Positions 10,799-24,165 of a stretch of DNA of 64,000 bases are shown piece after piece. The translations under genes and the position numbers were made by a program. The first letter of the stretch is position 1, and each line of letters starts with the position of its first letter. Origin of the DNA: Eledone cirrhosa (lineage: Eukaryota); assembly GCA_964016885.1 (NCBI GenBank), contig OZ024741.1, positions 160,828,001 to 160,892,000 on the forward strand. The letters are read 5' to 3'. A model generated the notes under the pieces. It was not told where the DNA came from and ran no database searches. It saw only the letters and a list, made by a program, of their open reading frames with translations.

Positions 10799-13700
10799 GT
10801 AAGTAGAATTCTTGAGTTTTCTTTATTGATCTTAAGTTAAAGTTTATAGTATTAAAGTTTTGAATTATCTTATCCAGTTTATAGACTCACAATCTCTAAT
10901 GGGAATAGTAATAAATATTGAGAGAAATGGAATGAGGTGGTTTGGTCATGTGTTGGGGAAGGATTAAAGTGACTGAGGATGGTGGGAATAGAACCAGTGA
11001 TGAATGGTGTAAAGACAAATGGAATGAGATGGTTGGGTCAGGTGTTAAGGAAGGATGAAATTGACTGGCTGATGGAAATAGATGTTGAATAAAGAAGGGG
11101 AGAGCTTGACTAAATATGAAAGGAAATGCTTGTTCAAAATCTCTCAATTGCATTTCATTTTTGCCTCTAACAATGTCTTTAATTTCTTGCAGTAGTTAAT
11201 CGAAGAACCTTTAAGTTATTCTTTAAACACCAACCTAATGAGAAAATTTTTGATTTTTAAGATTGTATAAAAATCAGTTTTTCAATTTTAATGTCATAAT
11301 TAAAAAGTGAAAGAGCATTTTTACAGCTATTGATGAGATTTTAAAAATGTTATTTTCAAAGATTAATTCAAGTTTAAGTTCATAATCATTGTTTTTATGT
11401 AATTGCATAGGGTAGATAAGTCCTCTCTTGTACAGCATTGTTCCTATGTTATCTCCTTTGTAAGATTTTGCTTTCTGAGATGAGCTTTCACTACCTCCTT
11501 ATCTATAATGGTTCTTGTATCTAGTTTCTCCCTTAACCCTCTATCATTTACATTACTCTACTTATTTTTGTATTTTCGCAGTAAAGTCTTTACCTCACAA
11601 TTATCTCAAATATTGAATCTGAGATTTTGATATTTATTTATTTTGAGAATACTTTAAGGTTGGTATAAGTGGCCAGTTACAGCTGGTTTGAACGGAAAGG
11701 GGTGAGCGAATTCTGGCCGGATATAGCTGGTTTAAATGCTAAAGGGTTAACTCCTCTTTGTTTCATGCATATTGACATTACACATCCATTGAAGCAGCTT
11801 AATTGGTTTCTTTCTAGCCTTCACATATCCTCTATATTTAGTGTCGATCTCACATTAAAAATGTTTTCTTTTTCAGTTCAAGTTAATCAGTCAAGCATAT
11901 GAAGTACTAAGTGACCCTAAGAAAAAAGCCATTTATGATCAAGGAGGAGAAGAGGCAATTAAAGGAGGGGGAGCAGGGGGTAGTGGATTTGAGTTCCATT
12001 CTGCTATGGACATTTTTGACATGTTTTTTGGACATGGTAGACGTGCTCCATCTAAACCTAAAGACATTGTACATCAGCTTAAAGTTACCTTGAAAGAGTT
12101 ATACAATGGAACAGTAAGGAATTTATCTATCACAAGAGATGTAATATGTGACACATGTAACGGTAGGTTATGGATCTTGAATCCTTCAAATTTACATTTT
12201 CCTTTTCTTCTTAACCCTTTTAATACCAAACTGTTTCAAACCACACCTGCTACAAAGCTGTTTTATTTTAAAATGTTTATCTAAAAGATTTTATGTAAGA
12301 ATCATTATGCTCCAAACACCAACTTAATTTTCAGAAAGTTATATTACTGCATCTCCCTTAATTCTTCATTATTTTCAAAATTTGAAAATTGCAGGCAGTC
12401 TTTCATTAGAAATATGAAGGGGTTAAAATAAAAAAATTGAGCCGTTATAGTAGTTGTGGTCATCATTTAATGTCTATTTTCCATGCTTGCATGGATTTGG
12501 TGGCTGTCACGTGCTGAGGCCAGACAGGTCAGATGAGTAGATCCTGCTCATACTTTAATTTGGTTTGGGTTTCTATGACTGGATGCCCTTCCGAACTCCA
12601 ACCAATTTACAGCATGTACTAGGAGTACGGTTTCTATAATTGGATGCTCTTCCTAACATCAACCACCTTGGTGTACTGGGAGCATTTTGTGACTTCGACA
12701 CCATCGCCTTACAAGATGGGCTGAATGTTTTTGTAAGTCGCACCAGCACTATTTCATTAGTACTAGGGTACTCAAGAGTACATGGTCATAGTGGGTGGGG
12801 GTCTGATGGTGTTAACTGGCTTCCTCTTTATATATTGCTTGGAGCAAGTGTCAGGTTTTCCTATGTTGGGGATGCAAGGGTTCAGCTGGGAATGTGAATC
12901 GGTCGAGGTTCCTCCTAGATTTCCATGCTATCATAGGTTGGGTAAAGTAGTCGGGAGTATATTGGCAGGTGGAGACCTAGTTGTTCCATCTGTGCTTCTT
13001 TGGGGGTTTAGGGTGGAGATGGAACTTGTAACACCTCTTTGCTTCTTCTGGTTTAGAGTGGAGGTAGGTGGGTTAGCCATCCTGCTTCGAAGTTGTTCTC
13101 ATATTATTGAATATTGCCAGCTTTCTTGGTTTGGGGTCATCTTCTTTGATGATCTCATTACAAATGAAAATTGTTTGAAATATACTTTTTCTATATAATA
13201 TGAATTGAAAATTGCATTGTGAAAAAGCATATCCAAGAAAAGTAAACATGAAGACATGCTGATTAATCCTTTGATACCAACTCACCTGAAACTGTCCCTG
13301 GTTTTATGATGGTGAAACTGCTTATTTTAATATGTTCATAGTTATAATTCCTCCAAATTTTTGATAATTTTGAAAATTAATTGAAACACATAGGCAGTGA
13401 TAAAAGTTGTATAGAGAACTGAAATGAGATGCTTGGGTCATGTGTTGAGGGAAGATAAAAGTGACTGGGAGTGACAGAAATACATGTGGAGGAAAGGGAA
13501 AGACTAAGAACATAGCTAAAGATGGAAATGAAAGCCAAGGAGTTAATGAGAGGATTCAGATGATAGTGCAAAAAAAAGACATTTATCATAAGGCATGCTA
13601 GGCTACTTGCTTTAATAGGGGAAAATGATCATAAAGCCCATGTCTTATATGTAGCTATGTTTATAATAAGTACACCATATCCCTGTGTAGTAAAAAAAAA

Positions 13701-16700
13701 AAGGTTGATGTCAGGAAGGGTGCTTGGTTGTCAAGCATTGCCTCAAACAGTCCTTCCCACCCCATGGTAGCTTGGAAAAGTTGATGTAAAAACAATGATC
13801 AAAGGCAGTATATTTCATTAGAATTAGTATAATGAAGAGGGTAATATGGAGTATGTGAGCATCATTTTATTGCATTGCAAGGAACACATCTAGACACTAT
13901 GTAGTCATTTGATTAGCCAGAATTGCACCTGTGTCTAGGAAAAGGTGATGGATCTTCTGTTGGATTTGACGATCATGCAACACACACCCAACACTACTTC
14001 ATACACTATCAGCTATCTTTTCTACTTACTCATTGCCATGCTAAATCACCACATACTCCTTCCTCCTTTTAGAGCGGAGAGGGCTTTTCAGTTATTACCA
14101 TGACCAACAACCTTTCTTGAAATGGTGCCATGAAAATGCACCTGGTACACTTCATTAGGTGGTTGGTAACGGGAAGAACACCCTGCTATAGAAACCATTC
14201 TTAAAGGGTTGAGTGGACCCTTCAGTTGAGTCAGTGATAACAACTTCAATGTTGATCTATATAAATGCACCCGGTACACACTGTAAAATGGTTGGTAATA
14301 GGAAGGGCAGATGGAGTTGGGATGACCTATTTCTAGTGCTGCTACCATGATAAAATGAAAGTGGTAGACTGCAGGACCGTATTGTGAGCGAGATGCAAAC
14401 CCCCCCAGTCTGAATGGGGGGGTCAGTAACGACTCAGTCTGTGTAGACCTGTCCATCTCTTTCTAGGAGAGAGAGAGATGCTTAAGAAGCAGGCCCAGGA
14501 AAACTTCAGACAAGTTAGTGAAAACCAATCTTAAGATAAACCTCAGCAGTTGACGCCATGCTGTGCTAATGAAGACCCACCCAGCAATGTAAATGTGGCG
14601 TGGCTCATCTCGGTTACCTCTGCACATCTCCACCCACATGTCCATTCCAGTGTCACCTAAGCTATTCTTCCCCCCTCTAAAATCCTTAGATGTCCTATCA
14701 TAGTAGTGGCTACTTCACACCACCCATTCCCCCATTGTTGTTCTCTCCATCACGACACTGCCTCCCAAAATTTGATACACTGAGTGCCAGCACTAGTGAC
14801 CATGCCTCCACCACTCACCTCTTAGGTATTCTCATCATTTCATCCCCTACACTATTGGAGGTCACTCCCTTCCCCCCCATTTTCATTATCCTTTCAAATC
14901 ACACCACACTTAGCATACAACCATAACTTTATGCTTATTTCCCTTCTCCTCTCATCCCTGCAAAACAGGGCTCTCAGTTGGAACAATAACCAACAACCTC
15001 TCTAGTGTTGGTGCCATGAAAATGCACCCTATAAGGAGGTTAGTGATAGGAAGGGCACTCTGTTGTAGAAACCATGCCGAAAGGATTGGGAGGTCCCTTC
15101 ATTTGTCATAATATGGCAACCTACCTAGTGCTACTGCCATAATAAAATGCACTCTGTAGAACACAGGATTGTAAGCAAAATGCAAGTTCCAAACTCCTGG
15201 CCTGTCTGAGAGGTTGGTAAACCTGGTTCAGCACAATCTGTAAGGACCTGTCCAACTCTTGCTAGCAGGGAAAGCGGATGTTAAATATACATGCACACAC
15301 ATACATACATTTATTTCTTTAGCTGCTAAGCAGCTGGAACATCTGAGAGGTCAGTAGTTCTGCTTCATTACTGATTAGGTCTCTGACAACCTATCTAACT
15401 CTTTCTAGTAGGGAAAATGGCAGTCAAATAAGGATGAAATAAATACGCAAAGAACAGATACTTACCACTGTTTAAACCACTGAAGAACATTATTTTGACA
15501 CTAGCTGAATAGTGAAAACTGATAGAGCAATTTTTGTACGGTGATGTTAAAATAACTAAGTTTATAAATAATAAAGATGTTGCAAAAAAAAGTTCATTAT
15601 ATTTACATTTCATTAAATTAAAGTATCATAAAATATGAGCAAAGACATGAAAAATCATTTTCTTTAACTTTCAACATATATATTCACCTGGAAGTTTGTT
15701 TATTTCAATTGCTGGAAATGTTCAAGATATGGCTTGAAACAATTGATGTAGAAGTTCACTTTGCACTGTTCACATCCCGTTTTTGTTTCCATTCTAATGT
15801 TCTGTTTGGAACACTGTTTACAATTTCCTCTTCTCCCAAGTCTGCAGGCCAGTGCATGACACCCTGGACTGAGGGAACTTCTTTCAGGGACCATTTCTTT
15901 TGTAAGAATAGTTGCCGATTAGTTGATGGGTCAGCTTCATTCTGAGAATCAACTGAGTATATTTTTTAGACAGGAGCTAGTGATTTGGTGACACTCATCA
16001 GCACAAACAATGAACATATAATCGCATCAACAATAAAATAAAACACATTTCCACCATTTGTTGAACTTTCTTTCAATGCAGCAAGTGGCTTTCAACTGGT
16101 CTACATGGACCACACCATTCATGTGGTCAGTAAAAATTTTTATTTTGCTCTTGGACATGGTACATTGATATTCTCTGGATACTTGTCATTCAGACTGGCA
16201 TTGGTTGTTAGTGTTAGTCTTGTCTCGTTAACTTTTTGTTTTTGAATCGAGTCATATTGTTTTTTTCAGTTTGGTTGAGGTGATTGCTTTTAGCAATCTA
16301 TGTTTACTCATTGTGCTGCAAGATTAAGTCCCATTCAAAGAGTTTTACAGATGAAGAGATTATCACAATACATGTGGGGATTTTGTCCCCATATATCATT
16401 ATCCAAGTCCTTGTTTGGGCTAATTTGAAACTTTCCCTGTATAAACTTGAAAGTTGTTCACATAACCATTGTGGGGACCAGTCTACATCCCATATTTTGT
16501 AGGCTTCAATGGAATGTACTATTTAAAGACCAGTTGTCTGGTGAAGGCAATCATAGCCTTGTCACTAGATGTTTCACAGTGTGGGTTATACTGTGAGTTC
16601 AAATTTTGGCATGTCCTTTTGGTAAAAGACCAGGCATGAGCAAGTCTGTTGTCCAGGATGGCTATAGGTTGGATTCTGGGTGACATCAGAAATAAGGAAA

Positions 16701-19700
16701 TATTGTCAGTTTATCTAATCTGTCCATGGTAATTAAATCCCTGTAGACTGGAATAAGTTGCCTTGCAAGAAATGTCCTGATTTGGTACAGAAACAATCCC
16801 TTCATTAGAAAGGTTATATAGGCCTTTATTTCAAATACAGTTATGTTCCACCACTTTGAATCAAGCCCTTCTAATTCTATGTATTTGTTGGTTTCGTTTG
16901 GCATTAAATAATAAAGCAAAAATCTATTTTTTCTTGGTCTAAGATATTTATGGCCCAGGATTTCCTTTGAATAAATTAACTTTTGAGAACTGATCCCACT
17001 CCATTCTAAAGTCAGTTTCTCATCATTGCTGTCATCTTAGTTCCCAAGCAAATTTGTCATCGATAAATCTTCAGTCAGATTTGGACATTAAATCAGTATT
17101 TGATAAATTCTCTTCATTTTCTAAATATATTTCAGTTTTTTTTTTCCTGCTCCAGCTGCATCAATTTCTGTAAAACCTTCAAAAATATTACTTTCACTAT
17201 CTGATGTTGTTTGTTTGAACAAATTTTTTTTCTAAAACCATGGTTTTGTCTCCCACCACAATGCTAATATTATTTTAAAAAAAAACACTCCGATTGCTTC
17301 AAACTAAGTATAGCTTTTTAATTTAACCAATCACTGAGCATTTTACATCAGAAATCAATACACTTCAAAGCATGACTACAGTTGTGAGCAGACTCCTGTT
17401 ACAAAACATAAATGAGTACAGGTGTAATTTGACTGAATGAATTTTAACGTCATGACTATAGTCAGGATCAGGGAAGAAAGAGTTAAGGGAAAACAATATA
17501 TGAAAAGAATGAAATTGTATTTAATAGTTGAAATTAGATATATTAGCAGGTTCTGTTTGATTTTTATTAATTCAATTACAAAAACTTATGCTTGGTGTTT
17601 TCTCATTGCTGGGCATGTATCCATGAGGTAGCAATGAGGTTCTTGATATGACATCTATTAGCACACAATCATGCACACACACACACACACACAACAAAAG
17701 TTAACTCTGCCAAGAGTAGAAACAAAATAAACACATGATTTGAAATTGTAGTAGCTCTTTTGCAATACTTCAACAATTAATCGAAACTGCAGTACTGAAA
17801 GATCAACTGATACTGGTATTAAATTGCATGTTGTTGGATATGCTGAAAAGCATGGAAGTTGTGATGCTGAAGTTTTTATGTCAGAAAAAATGAATGAGAC
17901 ATTGGCAGAAACAAAATCACTGAAGAATATATCCAAAACAAAACGTACTAAATTGTCTCCTGATATTAGAACATGCAAATAAACTTGTAGCATCATAGCT
18001 ATTAGCTGTGACCAGGGGAGGGGTGTTCTGAGTGGTTAAGAAGTTAGCTTTGCAGTCATGAGGTTCTTTGTTGGATTGTACTGATGCATCTTTAGTGTCT
18101 TTACTATAGCTTTGGATCTACCCAATTTCTCTCATTGGGTTGAAAGAATGGATTGTACCGATAATTCAATGATCCAAACTTGTCATGTTGATTTGGTGAA
18201 GGAATAAATTATGGGTACAATTTTCTTCAGATAATAGATCTTCCATTGGTTTCAGCAATGAATATAGTCAATTAATCAGCTGAACTGACTCTTGAATTAA
18301 TGCATATGTAGTTAAGCAGTGCACATGGCTTAGTGGGTAGAGCATTGGCCTTGCAATCGAAAGGTTGCGAGTTCAATTCTCAGACCGGGTGATATGTTGT
18401 TTCCTTGAGCAAGACACTTTATTTCACATTGCTCCAGTTTACTCAGCTGTAGAAATGAGATGATAGGGACTGGGGTCCATATTCCACTGTAGTGGTCGTG
18501 TAGGCGCCACGGAAAAAAGCACCCAGCACTCACTGTAAATGAGGTTGGTGTTCGGAAGGGCATCCAGCTGTAGAAATCAAGCCAGAATTAGTTCCCGTCC
18601 CACCCTTGCAAGCGGGGAAAAGCAGACGTAAAATGAAATGATGATGAATCCAACCCAGTTAATTCATGAGTGGTGTGCAAGAATGGACTAATGTAAAAAT
18701 CCATATATATTGTAACACAACTTCATAAATTCATATGCACATACTTTCCAATTGTGCAAAACATAAGTTCTCTATTGGCCTGTCGCAAGATGTTGCATAA
18801 AGCACTAATCTAGTGTTTTTTTCCAGGCATAGATCATATAGCATTGCTCTATCTATTGTTCTGTGGTAATAATTAGGATTTATTTTAAACACAACAATGA
18901 GGGCTGTTAATTTGCAAAATCATTACAGCATTGGATAAAATGCTGTGTAGCATTTAGTTACAACCCTTTGCTCTGAATTCAAATTCCACCAAGGTCAACT
19001 TTGCCTTTCATCCTTCGAGGGTTAATAAAGTATTGGGGTCAATATAGACTTCCCTCCCTCCCCACAAAAAGGTTAGCTTTTTGAACATTTGAAGGGGGTA
19101 GGAGGTAGAAATCAAATTGATATTTATATAAAAAAACAAAAACACTTGCTTTACAGTAGGTGCATGTTTACAGCATACAATGATATGCTTCAAAGATCAC
19201 TTTTGAAATTTCCTGTTTCATTTGCAGCAATTATGATTGTTTCAAATTTAGGTGGGATAGGAAAGTTGATTATATCGACTTCAGCGCTTGACTGTTACTT
19301 TATTTTATCAATCTTGGAAGGATGAAAGGCAAAGTTGATCTTGGCAAGATTCGAACTCAGAACAAAGTGGTAACTAAATACCACACCATTTTGTTTTATA
19401 CTCTATGACAATTATAATAAATCTAACTAAATACTCTTTCCCTCATGTTATAATACTAAAGAAAAGTCAGGACATGTTGTTTTTTTTTTTTTTTTTTCTC
19501 AGATTTCATTGCCCATAAGTATGGTATATTATTTTCGAACTGGTCTCATTGAAAAATGTCTTAAACAATAAGTCGAATGGAAGTATGGTAGAGAATGTGT
19601 GTGTGCATGTAAAAACAGTGCACCCTTGGAAGGAAGTGTGCTCAGTATATTGTATGGTTCTAAGTTCGGTTCTGTTTTGTGCAATTTTCTACTAAAACCT

Positions 19701-22700
19701 GACTCGCAAGGCATTGGTTGAGCTGTTTGGTAGGCAAAAACTGAAAATTAGCTTATCTTGTACACATACGTCTGTCAGGTGATGCATGTCTCCATATCGA
19801 AAACAAGTGGTAAGATATTTGTCCTGCAGCTAAGCGATATGGTGAATTTCATTTATATGTACAATACTTATAAAAGAAAAATGTGTGGGTTGACACCAAG
19901 AAGTTCATTCGGCTGTAGAAAAACTGCCTTGAAAACCTTTTATGCAACCTTTGTAATCGTGGAAATGTAGGCATAAAAACAATGAAATTTTCAGTCATTG
20001 CTGATACTACATGAGGTGAGCACTTTGACATTGTTCAAAGGCTCATAAATTAAATGCTAAAATCCATTGTCAACTTTCTTTTATCAATTTGAGGCTAAAA
20101 TAGTGCCAGTCCAGGAGCAATGAATTGGCAGAATTGTTACAGTAAGATGCTTTGCGGTATCTACTATAGCTCTGTGTTCAGAGTTCATATTCCACCACCT
20201 GCCAGGAGTTGCACTGAAGGAAGGAAAATCTCATCTCATTTCAACAAAACTTTTCTATTTCCTGAATAGATATTATTTGTATTTATTACACTAAAAATAA
20301 TTTGTTTATATTTTCTAGGACGAGGTGGAAAAGAAGGTGCTATATTGCCTTGTGGTGACTGTAAAGGCACAGGTTATCAGGTAACAATCAGTCGTCTTGG
20401 TCCAGGAATGTTGCAACAGATGCAAACCACTTGCCCAAAATGTAAAGGTGAAAAAGAAATCATCAACCGTGAATTTCTATGTGAAACCTGTGAAGGGAAA
20501 AAAATACATAAAGCTAAAAAGAAATTAGAGGTTCATATTGATAAAGGTAAGGATGGTTATTTCTTATTTGGATTTTATGACAATGAATTGTTTATAGAAT
20601 GTTTTCTCTTCAGGCTGTGTATTTTTTTTTTTTTTTTTTTTTTTTTTGTCCTGCATTGCAAAGCAGTGTTAATATGGATCAGGATGTTGTTGGAGAAAAG
20701 TGTTCAGAATGACACCAGTGCACTTAGCCTCACTGATGATGCTTGAGTTTGGAGAATGAATGGAACTGGGAGAAGAAGAAAAAAAAAAAAATCTATCTTC
20801 AATAGATTTAACAGAAAGATCAGCTATCAAAGTTGACAGGTCCAAAAAAGTAGTTGGCGTGATGGAAAAGCTGCTGGACTGTCAGATAATTGCTGAGATA
20901 ATGAAATCATCTGGTGAAGTAGGACTTCAGCTAGTCATTCACATGGTCAATCAGATAATGCAAGATTGTGTCTTTGACTGGCGTTGTAGTATAATTGCTA
21001 ATTTCAAAGAAAAGGTAATGCTTGAACAGCAACTACAAAGGCATAAAACAGATGGGTTGATTTATGAGAATGTTAGAAATAGTTTTTTGGAAGGAAAGTC
21101 AAATTACATGATGTGCCACAAATGTTTTCTTAGTTGATCTAGAGGTTTTTGACAGAGTTCCATGATCTGTCATCTGGTGGCCCTTAAGGAAATTGGAGGT
21201 AGATAAGTGACTTGTGAGAGTAAGAAATGTTAAAGGAATTCAATTTACGGGTAAGTGTTTATTATAGTTCTGTAAGTCATAAAAGTTTAAGACTGGCTTC
21301 TCATGGGAACTCCTATATGCTGGCAACCTGTTTTTTATAGATGAATCTGTCACAGCTAGATAAGAAATTCCTACTGTGGCAACAACAGAATCAAAAGGGT
21401 TCAGTAAACATAGCAAAGATCAATTTCAGTTTTTTGGAAAGACTAGATTTTGGTTTCATTAATGAAGTGGCCATGCTCAGTATGTAGACAAGGTATTAAC
21501 TTAATATAATGTGCACTTGAGATGTGGTGGGATTGTAGGCTGATTAACAGAAAAAAGACTTTGTGTAGGGGAAATGCACAGAGTAGCAAGAGCCAAATGG
21601 AATAAACCTTTTTCCAATCCCAGGAAAGCTGTATAGAAGCTTTCCTTGGATTGGTATCTTCTATTACCTAGGTAGCAGTGAAGGAGGTCAGTCTGAAAGC
21701 ATGGTGGCTAGAATAAGAACAGGATGAAAAAGGTTCAAGATGTTACTACCTCTGTGAACCAAAGCTTTCTCTTTATGAACTAAGACTGGTTGTATGATGC
21801 CTGCATGTGAAGTGCATTGTTACATGGAAGTGAAACATGAGCAGTAAATGCAAAGGATATTTGAAGGCTGGAGAGAAAGGAAGTGAGCATGCTTTGATGG
21901 ATGTGTGATGTTAATGTGCATGAACAGCAAAGTGTGGATGAGCTGAAAGTAAAACTTGGTATAAGTGGAATGTGCTGTAGAGTGCAAGAGAAGACTGCAC
22001 TGGTAGGGACACATGATGCATATGGATGATTATGTGAAGTGCCAGGAGTTCCCAGGAAAAGACCTGGGTAGAAGTGGACATCCAGGAGTGTCTCCTCTTG
22101 TTTCTACATAAAAAAAAAAATATATAAACCCATTTGTTGTTAGGCCGTGATTATTTTAAGATCCAATCTTATTCTGTGTCCTCTTATACCTTTTTTGGCT
22201 AATGTAACTTCAAATTATACAGTGAATTTGGGAAGTAGGCTGTGATTTTCACTCAGATCTCCAGAGCCTGCTTCCTCATCATTCTGTGGAAAGAAAGCTA
22301 ATGCAAAGTAACTATTTAAACTGAACATCATTGGCATCAATCTCTCTGGTCTTGGATGTCTTGTGAAGGCTGTTGGCACTGCCCCTTCCTCTAGACCTAC
22401 AAAGTATATAAAAAAAACTTTTAATATCATTTTTGCAGCATAGGTTGCAATTTCAATCGTTTTTGGTGCCAAACTTTTCATGAAAGTTAAGTACATGGCC
22501 ATCTTTCAATTAAGACTTTGGAGAGATTTACTAAAATTAATCTCATTACTAAGTAACTTAACTTATGTTTCTTATTTTAGTTAAAATCGTTCAACATAAC
22601 TTATATAAGAACCTTATAAAATGGAGGGAGGTGGGCTTTGTTTCATAGAACCAGTGGCAGTTTTGGTCATGTTGGTATCAGAAGCGTTAAATAGTAAAAT

Positions 22701-24165
22701 GATGAAAATGTTAACTGGTTTCACAACCTGCTTTTTAATGAAAAAAATGTCTTGTGAATGGATTTGCTTTTCTTTTAAGTTTTGATTAAACGTTTAGTAT
22801 TTTGTTTCTATATTTTGGTTTTAACATTTGTATTTTAAAGGCATGTATGATGGCCAGACACTTCGATTTAGCGGCGATGGTGATCAGAAGCCAAATATGA
22901 GGGAACCAGGAGATGTTATCATAGTTTTGGATGAACAGGAAGATGAGAATTTCCGTCGTAATGGAGCTGATATTGAACTACCCATGGAACTGTCACTTAC
23001 AGAAGCCTTATGTGGCTTTCAGAAAACTATTAACACTTTAGATAAACGTATTTTAGTTATAACCAGCTTACCCGGTGAGTGATTATTCATTTAGCCATCA
23101 TGATTTAAAACCAACTAGCATGCTATATATTTTAACAAACTGACATTTAAGTTTTTCTGTCACTTGAACAGTAACAAATAGGGCAAAGGATTTGACGATC
23201 TCTCTAGTACTTGTGCCACAATAAAATACACCCACTGCACACAACAATGTGGTTGGTGTTAGGACAGGCATCTAGCTGTAGAAACCATGCCAAAAAGGGT
23301 AAGAAAGGACTTTTAAGTTGTCAAGAACATGGCGAACCTCTTTTATGATAGTGACATGATAAAATGCTCCCAGTACATTCTGCAGAGTAGTTAGCTTGAG
23401 GAAGGGTATTCAGCTGTAAGAGCCATGCCAAAATGCAACTTATTGAGATGTAGTCAGCTGACCTGTCTAGGAGGACAGTAGTTTGATCTGTAATGACCCG
23501 TTTCAAACCATGTCAACATGGAAAAGTATGTAAAATAACCAATTATCTTGATGGAAAATATCTCCTAACATAAATCCCTCAAGCTTTGAAATTGTCTATT
23601 TCATTCACTGGAAAATGATAGTGCTGGTGCCACGATAAAATACACCTAGTATTAGGAAGGTCATCCTGCCATAAAAACTATGCCAAAAAATGGTTCTCTG
23701 ACCTGCTTAGTCTTGGACTACGACACCCTGCCTAATCTATGCTCGCATGGAAAACGTAAGATAATGATGAAAGCCTTTTTTTCTGTACTGTTGCTTAAAA
23801 ATGTATTCCATGTGCTTTCTTTTTTATTTTCAGGTGAGGTTGTCAAACATGGAGATATCAAGTGTATTGTTGGTGAGGGAATGCCTGTACATCGCGACCC
23901 ATTTGAAAAAGGAGTTATGATTATAAAATTTACTGTCAAATTTCCGCCACCAAATTTTATTTCTTCAGAAAAAATAGCAGAACTAGAAAGCCTGCTGCCT
24001 GAACGTAAACCTGTGAACATTCCAGCAAATGCAGAGTCATGCGTTCTGTCAGATTTTAGTCCCAAAGAACAGCGCTATCGGTCTCAGCGCTCTGCTGAAG
24101 TTTACGATGATGATGAGGATGACCATATGGGTGGCAATCCCCGTATGCAGTGTGCCACCCATTGA
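10667..24165 (+). CDS. DNAJA1: DnaJ homolog subfamily A (class A Hsp40 co-chaperone, DNAJA1/DNAJA4-like), spliced CDS, 403 aa
   Basis: join(10667-10798,11877-12162,20319-20546,22841-23074,23834-24165) = 1212 nt, all introns GT-AG with consistent phases. J domain with HPD (KYHPDKNP), G/F region (DIFDMFFG), four zinc-binding repeats ([32 protein letters not shown]), C-terminal domain ([13 protein letters not shown]) and CaaX end (CATH). Exact paralog is not certain. Confidence 0.95.
11533..11750. mobile_element. TTAA-target MITE family A (piggyBac-like ends)
   Basis: TTAA-CCCT...AAAGGG-TTAA. Homologous copies at 35248-35473 and 48135-48375. Confidence 0.8.
11877..12162 (+). CDS. DNAJA1: DNAJA coding exon 2
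   Basis: ttttcag|[29 protein letters not shown]...VICDTCN G|gtaggt. Confidence 0.95.
12211..12426. mobile_element. TTAA-target MITE family B (most abundant repeat in the window)
   Basis: TTAACCCTTTT..ATACCAAAC...TTCATTAGAAATATG..AGGGGTTAA. Related copies near 10297-10575, 27092-27296, 34091-34348, 35470-35678, 36070-36397, 39480-39698, 41480-41880, 50400-50630 and 52260. Confidence 0.75.
15399..17482 (-). mobile_element. Decayed piggyBac DNA transposon in DNAJA intron
   Basis: C-terminal Cys-rich domain ([28 protein letters not shown], 15700-15894), N-terminal transposase fragment ([16 protein letters not shown], 16686-16919) and a KWWK motif near 16050. Ends (C/T)TAA-CTCTTTCT and AGAAAGAG-TTAA. 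Confidence 0.8.
18321..18647 (+). mobile_element. tRNA-headed SINE
   Basis: TGGCTTAGTGG A box and GAGTTCAATTC B box, a body shared with many window repeats (GGAAGGGCATCCAGCTGTAGAAA) and an (ATG)n tail. Confidence 0.7.
20319..20546 (+). CDS. DNAJA1: DNAJA coding exon 3 (zinc-finger region)
   Basis: ttttctag|..[18 protein letters not shown]...LEVHIDK G|gtaagg. Confidence 0.95.
20830..22080 (+). mobile_element. Highly degenerate RTE LINE
   Basis: Disrupted remnants such as [22 protein letters not shown] and ALLHGSET with many stops and frameshifts. Confidence 0.7.
22215..22525 (-). mobile_element. DNA transposon remnant with transposase C-terminal and THAP-like motifs (Kolobok-like)
   Basis: SLQSLN*KMA..TF....[14 protein letters not shown] resembles the ES.HS.IW..PK..F.G..IEIA...A motif, and L.EGAVPT.F resembles the THAP AVPTIF box. 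Confidence 0.4.
22841..23074 (+). CDS. DNAJA1: DNAJA coding exon 4
   Basis: ttttaaag|..[17 protein letters not shown]...LVITSLP G|gtgagt. Confidence 0.95.
23834..24165 (+). CDS. DNAJA1: DNAJA coding exon 5 (last, CaaX)
   Basis: ttttcag|..[17 protein letters not shown]...[12 protein letters not shown]. Confidence 0.95.

Noticed and set aside
18321-18400. tRNA-like sequence
   Set aside because: Has A/B boxes but no closing acceptor stem and runs into a repeat body, so it is a SINE head.
23718-24065. 115-aa antisense ORF
   Set aside because: Shadow of DNAJA exon 5.
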